DNA of 64,000 nucleotides from Podarcis bocagei (Eukaryota): NCBI GenBank assembly GCA_964188305.1, contig OZ076886.1; one strand, 5' to 3'. Shown piece by piece: positions 61,001 to 64,000 of this stretch (position 1 is its first letter; each line of letters starts with the position of its first letter). The notes under the pieces were generated by a model. It saw only the letters and a program-made list of their open reading frames with translations, ran no database searches and was not told where the DNA came from. The position numbers and the translations under genes were made by a program.

Positions 61001-64000
61001 TCATGGTTCACAGAGAGGCCTGTCATATTTCTTTTCTGAGCAGCCCTGCTGATGGGTATCCTCCACACCATGAAATCTAGGGCCACATAGAGCATTATCA
61101 TTCATCCATCTAGTATCTCATCATCTGCTGTAAAATATATGTTCTTGGAAGACCATCCTCTGCTATTGTGGGTCTGAAAGGCAGACAGTTCCAGGGCATA
61201 AAGGAAGGAACAACCCTCAAGGCCCTTTCTGTATCCCAGCACACCTTATTACAATGCAGTGCCCAATATTGTGCCTGCAGTTGTAGAGAGATTTCTGAAT
61301 CCGAGGGAATTGAGTTGTCTAAACCCTGATGATCAGACTGGAAGGTATCAGGAGTAACATATGAGCATCTCTGCAAGTGTGCAGAGAGAGAATTCCATCT
61401 TCTGCTTTAATCATCCTGCCATCTCTTCTTACTTCCCCACAGCTGCTAAATCAGGTGCTGAATCGTGTGACAGCTGAGCGGAACTTGTTTGACAGAGTGG
61501 TCAATCTTTGTCTGCCAGGTAAGCTTCCTTGCCAGCCACCTTGCAGTCAGTCCTGCTTTGGGAGAGGGACCATAGCTCAGTGGTAGAGGATGTGCTTTGC
61601 ATGCAGAAGGTTCCAGGTTCAGTCCCTGGCAGCTCTAATTCAAAGGAGCTCAAAGGTGATGGCAAAGCTGTCTGAGACCTTTCAGAGCCACTACCACTAA
61701 AGAGTAGGCAAAGCTAGGTAAGAAAGACAAGACCTCTGACCTGGTGTGAGGCAGCTTCCTTCATTCTTATGTGATCTAAATTCTCCCGTCATTCCTGGGA
61801 AATATTCCTCTCTCCTTCTACAAACTCAAATGAATGTTTCCAGTGGTTGTGGGCATTCATTGTTTCTGCACAGGGACTTCACCCACTCCCAGTGTGGGTG
61901 AGCCAGTGTGGTGTAGTGGTTAAGAGCAGTAGATTTGTAATCTGGTGAACTGGGTTCACTTCCCCGCTCCTCCACATGCAGCTGCTGGGTGACCTTGGGC
62001 TAGTCACACTTCTCTGAAGTCTCTCAGCCCCACTCACCTCACAGAGTATTTGTTGTGGTGGAGGAGGAACGGAAAGGAGAATGTTAGCCACTTTGAGACT
62101 CCTTTGGGTAGTGATAAAGCGGGATATCAAATCTAAACTCCTCCATCTAAACTCCTCCTCCCAGTCCTTTGAACAAGATAGGAAATATCTGTGGGGAGAA
62201 TTCTGTGCTGACCTTTTATCTCTGATTATGGTGTTAGTGCAACTTCCATTGATGCCACAGCTCCCTCCCATCCGCTCTTCAGATAGGCAGGAGCCCAACA
62301 GAGCACATGTGAGAATGAAAGATGGCATCCAATCCCAAAAGGAAGCCCCATGTGGTCTTGGCCTTCGTTGCTTACAGAAATGCATAAAACCTGCAATGAT
62401 GGGAAATGGGATCTTTTGGCTCTAAACAGTAAGCAGTCATTAAGTGATGGCTGTGTGCCCACCTACTCAGGGTGAAGGAATCCATTCTTGTACAGAGCTT
62501 GTTAAATTGCAAAGTAATCTTTAGGGAGGCAAGATGTCCTGCTTCCGCACTAAAAGCTGTCAGAGAGTGATACCGGTGAATGAGCAGGAGCTGCATTTAA
62601 CTGCAAAATTGCTGACTAGATTCCACTTACGCTATAGCTCCATTATCTTTAGCCCTTCATTTTGGCTGGTTATTCTGGTGTCTTATGATGAGAAAAGGAC
62701 AGCATGTGTTAGCAGTGTGTGCACTCTCTGCCTGTCCCCTCACCCTCCCGCAGAGCATGGACCCTTTTCCTTCACACAACATTATTAAATAACTGCTGTG
62801 GCACACTCTGCTGCAGATCTATGTCATACTGATCAGTATTAGGAAGTAAACAATATTGCTGAGTCAATGTGCCCTTGTGTTCCTTCTTGGGGAACAAGGG
62901 CTCAACCCTCATTGAAAATTGAGATTGTGAATGGAGAGAGCTTAAAAAGATCCACACACTTCCACACATTTTACACTTTTCTATTCTTTGATGGGTTTAT
63001 TTATTTGGCATCTGTGTGACGTAAGTAGTGTGATAGAAAGAACATTCTGGAATAGGTATGGTCGTAAGCATGTGGAGTAAAGGACCATATGAATAGCTGT
63101 CATCCTGAAGAAAGTTGTCTCTGAAGCGTGCCTAATTTTAAATTTGGACAAGCTTGTTTTACCCCCCTCCGCTTCCCTTAAAATTTTGAGCATTGCTTTA
63201 GTCATACCCCCATTATCCCAGCTCAAGCACCTCTGCCCTGTTGGAAACATGGGGCATATTGGCATGTGTGACCACCATCAAGTCTTCCACATTTCAAAGC
63301 ATTGGCTACTTTCATGCTCACCTAGAAGCAGGAGAAAATTGGAATAATCACTCAGCACTTCTTCAGACCTGTCTTCAAGTGCCGTCTTCAAGGTTATGTG
63401 CATGAGAAACACTCTGTGTTTGGGTGACTCGGGGGATTGTATGCTGACTGGAAGGTGGAGGAATGCTGGACCACTACTGAAGGGCTTAGCAGCATTCCAT
63501 TTTTTTTGCACAATCCTTTTAAGTGCCCTTCTAATAGAAAACCAGACAGTGGCATTAGCAGAGATGAGCAAGTGCTTTCTCTAGTGTTTGTCACTTACCT
63601 CTAAGATTTCCTGTTTGCCAAGGAGGTTCATTCTGTTTTGTCCAGGGTTGTCCATACTGGGAGTGGTGGTGGAGGAGGACTCATTTGATCTTATGGTGTT
63701 CTAGCAAAGACCTGATGAAGCTGATGGATGTAGTAATACAAATCTTTAAGTGAATTAATGCAAACATTTATCTCCTCCTGGTCTCCTGAAAACTTAGGCT
63801 GGTGGTGTTCCTCAGTGCAGTCCTATGCTAGATTTGTCCTCTGCTATAGTTAAGAAGATAAAAAGGGGTGCTCAAGGGAAGTCAACAAACTAACTTTTCA
63901 TAGAACTGATTGTAATTTGAAATACCTGCTTTCTTCCCTAGGACTGGAGAGCGTAGATCACTATCCAATCCTTGTGGCTGTGACAGGAATTCTGGTCCGG
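19225..64000 (+). CDS. RNF123: E3 ubiquitin-protein ligase RNF123 (KPC1), multi-exon gene span, 3'-incomplete
   Basis: 34 coding exons join with compatible phases into one open frame matching recalled vertebrate RNF123, from [17 protein letters not shown] through the SPRY domain ([40 protein letters not shown]) to [20 protein letters not shown] at the window end. Confidence 0.97.
20777..20997. mobile_element. Second Penelope-derived fold-back insertion, hammerhead core deleted, with (AT)n expansion
   Basis: Same ggtaggtagccgtgttggtctg start and inverted arms as 10127-10335; 12-bp TSD GGAAAAACATTT (20765-20776, 20998-21009). Confidence 0.75.
21457..21541 (+). CDS. RNF123: RNF123 exon 3
   Basis: [29 protein letters not shown]; ag/gt, phase 1 to 2. 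Confidence 0.92.
23257..23336 (+). CDS. RNF123: RNF123 exon 4
   Basis: [26 protein letters not shown]; ag/gt. Confidence 0.88.
24022..25201. repeat. Older palindromic MITE-like element split by the 24096-25104 insertion
   Basis: catccaagcacagttctccatagagtcccatgtgtggagggtaggtgacatg (24022 on) is the near-exact reverse complement of catgtcacctaccctccacacatgggattctatggagaactgtgcttggatg (to 25201). Confidence 0.8.
24096..25104. mobile_element. Sibling pogo/Tc2-like non-autonomous transposon with an internal 119-bp GC-rich minisatellite
   Basis: TA-CCGTATTTTTCGCCCCATAGGACGC...GCGTCCTATAGGGCGAAAAATACTG-TA. Tandem units start at 24271, 24389, 24508, 24627, 24706 and 24825. Confidence 0.88.
25401..25498 (+). 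CDS. RNF123: RNF123 exon 5
   Basis: [33 protein letters not shown]; ag/gtgagt. Confidence 0.95.
26130..26720 (+). mobile_element. Degraded L2-like LINE fragment
   Basis: Relic translation [20 protein letters not shown] and ttgcactggct...tataaagccctgaacagctagg, typical of L2 ORF2 3' region. Confidence 0.6.
28022..28076 (+). CDS. RNF123: RNF123 exon 6
   Basis: [18 protein letters not shown]; ag/gtaagg. Confidence 0.95.
28451..28536 (+). CDS. RNF123: RNF123 exon 7 (SPRY)
   Basis: [29 protein letters not shown]. Confidence 0.96.
28858..29647 (+). mobile_element. Internally deleted mariner transposon with transposase pseudogene
   Basis: TA-CAAGGTGTGA...GGTGAAT / ATTCACC...TCACACCTTG-TA imperfect TIRs. 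N-terminal HTH ([12 protein letters not shown]...[12 protein letters not shown]...SGRPS) and C-terminal [17 protein letters not shown]...GAYFEG motifs, with frameshift and stops. Confidence 0.9.
29817..29903 (+). CDS. RNF123: RNF123 exon 8 (SPRY)
   Basis: [29 protein letters not shown]. Confidence 0.96.
31227..31294 (+). CDS. RNF123: RNF123 exon 9 (SPRY)
   Basis: [23 protein letters not shown]. Confidence 0.95.
32011..32136 (+). CDS. RNF123: RNF123 exon 10 (SPRY)
   Basis: [42 protein letters not shown]; followed by the ATATCCTTT U12 donor. Confidence 0.95.
32137..33146 (+). other. RNF123: U12-type AT-AC intron (RNF123 intron 10)
   Basis: 5' ATATCCTTTG; branch site TCCTTAAT at 33129-33136; 3' end CATAC. 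Splicing restores [15 protein letters not shown]. Confidence 0.92.
32543..32795. mobile_element. Tigger/pogo-like MITE inside the AT-AC intron
   Basis: TA-CAGTGGTACCTCGCAAGACGAA...TTCGTCTTGCGAGGCACCACTG-TA; CpG-rich, internal cgcaagacgaaa repeats. Confidence 0.88.
33147..33261 (+). CDS. RNF123: RNF123 exon 11
   Basis: [38 protein letters not shown]; AC acceptor, gtgaga donor. Confidence 0.92.
33796..33900 (+). CDS. RNF123: RNF123 exon 12
   Basis: [35 protein letters not shown]. Confidence 0.93.
34960..35395 (+). mobile_element. Degraded L2-like LINE 3' fragment
   Basis: Relic translation [30 protein letters not shown]...PLRSS and ctgtggaactccctgcc. Confidence 0.65.
35647..35772 (+). CDS. 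RNF123: RNF123 exon 13
   Basis: [42 protein letters not shown]. Confidence 0.94.
35888..35980 (+). CDS. RNF123: RNF123 exon 14
   Basis: [31 protein letters not shown]. Confidence 0.95.
36176..36249 (+). CDS. RNF123: RNF123 exon 15
   Basis: [25 protein letters not shown]; followed by the GTATCCTTT U12 donor. Confidence 0.95.
36250..37590 (+). other. RNF123: U12-type GT-AG intron (RNF123 intron 15)
   Basis: 5' GTATCCTTTT; branch site TCCCTTAAC at 37573-37581, 9 nt before the AG end. Confidence 0.9.
37591..37708 (+). CDS. RNF123: RNF123 exon 16
   Basis: [39 protein letters not shown]. Confidence 0.96.
37953..38052 (+). CDS. RNF123: RNF123 exon 17
   Basis: [33 protein letters not shown]. Confidence 0.95.
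38578..38639 (+). CDS. RNF123: RNF123 exon 18
   Basis: [21 protein letters not shown]. Confidence 0.94.
40393..40758 (+). mobile_element. Young 5'-truncated CR1 LINE (ORF2 C-terminus and 3' UTR)
   Basis: Open [20 protein letters not shown]...[14 protein letters not shown]...[22 protein letters not shown]; ends in ttccaactctatgattctatgattc. Confidence 0.93.
40787..40858 (+). CDS. RNF123: RNF123 exon 19
   Basis: [24 protein letters not shown]. Confidence 0.95.
42198..42318 (+). CDS. RNF123: RNF123 exon 20
   Basis: [40 protein letters not shown]. Confidence 0.95.
42781..42882 (+). CDS. RNF123: RNF123 exon 21 (GC donor)
   Basis: [34 protein letters not shown]; donor AAG|GCAAGT. Confidence 0.94.
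43926..43972. repeat. (TG)n microsatellite
   Basis: Direct reading. Confidence 0.95.
45164..45270 (+). CDS. RNF123: RNF123 exon 22
   Basis: [36 protein letters not shown]. Confidence 0.94.
47635..47827 (+). CDS. RNF123: RNF123 exon 23
   Basis: [42 protein letters not shown]...[16 protein letters not shown]. Confidence 0.94.
48444..48480. repeat. (GGTA)n microsatellite
   Basis: Direct reading. Confidence 0.95.
48919..49064 (+). CDS. RNF123: RNF123 exon 24
   Basis: [49 protein letters not shown]. Confidence 0.95.
49795..49878 (+). CDS. RNF123: RNF123 exon 25
   Basis: [28 protein letters not shown]. Confidence 0.95.
50633..50740 (+). CDS. RNF123: RNF123 exon 26
   Basis: [36 protein letters not shown]. 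Confidence 0.95.
51200..51377 (+). CDS. RNF123: RNF123 exon 27
   Basis: [59 protein letters not shown]. Confidence 0.96.
52094..52463 (+). mobile_element. 5'-truncated L1-like LINE 3' end with poly(A) signal and TSD
   Basis: Perfect 15-bp TSD AAAATAGCCATTCTC (52079-52093, 52464-52478); ORF-end-like [15 protein letters not shown]; AATAAA at 52438-52443 and an A-rich tail. Confidence 0.8.
53703..53777 (+). CDS. RNF123: RNF123 exon 28
   Basis: [25 protein letters not shown]. Confidence 0.95.
54053..54304. mobile_element. Non-autonomous DNA transposon (MITE)
   Basis: Termini taggcttgccata / tatggcaacccta, an internal gggttgccatacgtc copy, and imperfect flanking duplication agtaagc/agtatgc. Confidence 0.65.
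54403..54490 (+). CDS. RNF123: RNF123 exon 29
   Basis: [30 protein letters not shown]. Confidence 0.96.
54762..54849 (+). CDS. RNF123: RNF123 exon 30
   Basis: [29 protein letters not shown]. Confidence 0.96.
55063..55147 (+). CDS. RNF123: RNF123 exon 31
   Basis: [28 protein letters not shown]. Confidence 0.96.
57590..57716 (+). repeat. L2-like 3' tail followed by head-to-head (AAT)n(ATT)n microsatellite
   Basis: gggagccgcccagagtggctggggaaactcagccagatgggcggggtataaataataat...tattattatt. Confidence 0.75.
58769..58908 (+). CDS. RNF123: RNF123 exon 32
   Basis: [47 protein letters not shown]. Confidence 0.96.
59161..59349 (+). CDS. RNF123: RNF123 exon 33
   Basis: [63 protein letters not shown]. 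Confidence 0.96.
61443..61518 (+). CDS. RNF123: RNF123 exon 34
   Basis: [25 protein letters not shown]. Confidence 0.95.
61566..61760 (+). mobile_element. Old tRNA-derived SINE
   Basis: A box tagctcagtggtagag, B box ggttcagtccc, non-tRNA body. Degenerate antisense relatives near 13330, 34710 and 36850. Confidence 0.7.
61894..62157 (+). mobile_element. tRNA-derived squamate SINE (Squam3-like)
   Basis: A box tggtgtagtggtt, B box gggttcacttcc, core tgggtgaccttgggctagtcac...ctctcagcccc...acctcacag; 8-bp TSD CTCCCAGT (61886-61893, 62158-62165). Confidence 0.85.
63942..64000 (+). CDS. RNF123: RNF123 exon 35 (cut by window end)
   Basis: [20 protein letters not shown] after ttcttccctag. Confidence 0.95.

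Noticed and set aside
61566-61635. tRNA gene
   Set aside because: Acceptor and anticodon stems are mismatched and it continues into a SINE body.

Overview
Vertebrate genomic DNA, most likely a squamate lizard (lacertid-like repeat content: CR1, L2, L1-like, tRNA-derived SINEs, hAT/Tigger/mariner MITEs, Penelope-derived fold-backs). Two genes lie on the + strand. (1) An intronless 330-aa ORF (7165-8157) encodes two beta/gamma-crystallin domains fused to an aerolysin-like domain (EP37 / epidermal differentiation-specific protein / betagamma-CAT alpha-subunit family); its membrane-insertion hairpin looks shortened and a Ser sits where the family usually has a C-terminal Cys. (2) RNF123 (KPC1 E3 ubiquitin ligase): CpG-island promoter and non-coding exon 1 near 14.6 kb, then 34 coding exons traced in continuous frame from 19225 to the window end; the gene is 3'-incomplete and the RING domain is outside the window. 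RNF123 has three non-canonical introns: one U12 AT-AC, one U12 GT-AG and one GC-AG. Other highlights: an apparently intact minimal type I hammerhead ribozyme in a Penelope-derived fold-back insertion (10245-10286), sibling DNA transposons carrying GC-rich hairpin minisatellites with a hairpin deletion and a loop inversion, several nested insertions with readable target-site duplications, and a PBX-HOX/MEIS motif cluster in intron 2. All homology calls come from reading the sequence and recalling family sequences; no searches were run.
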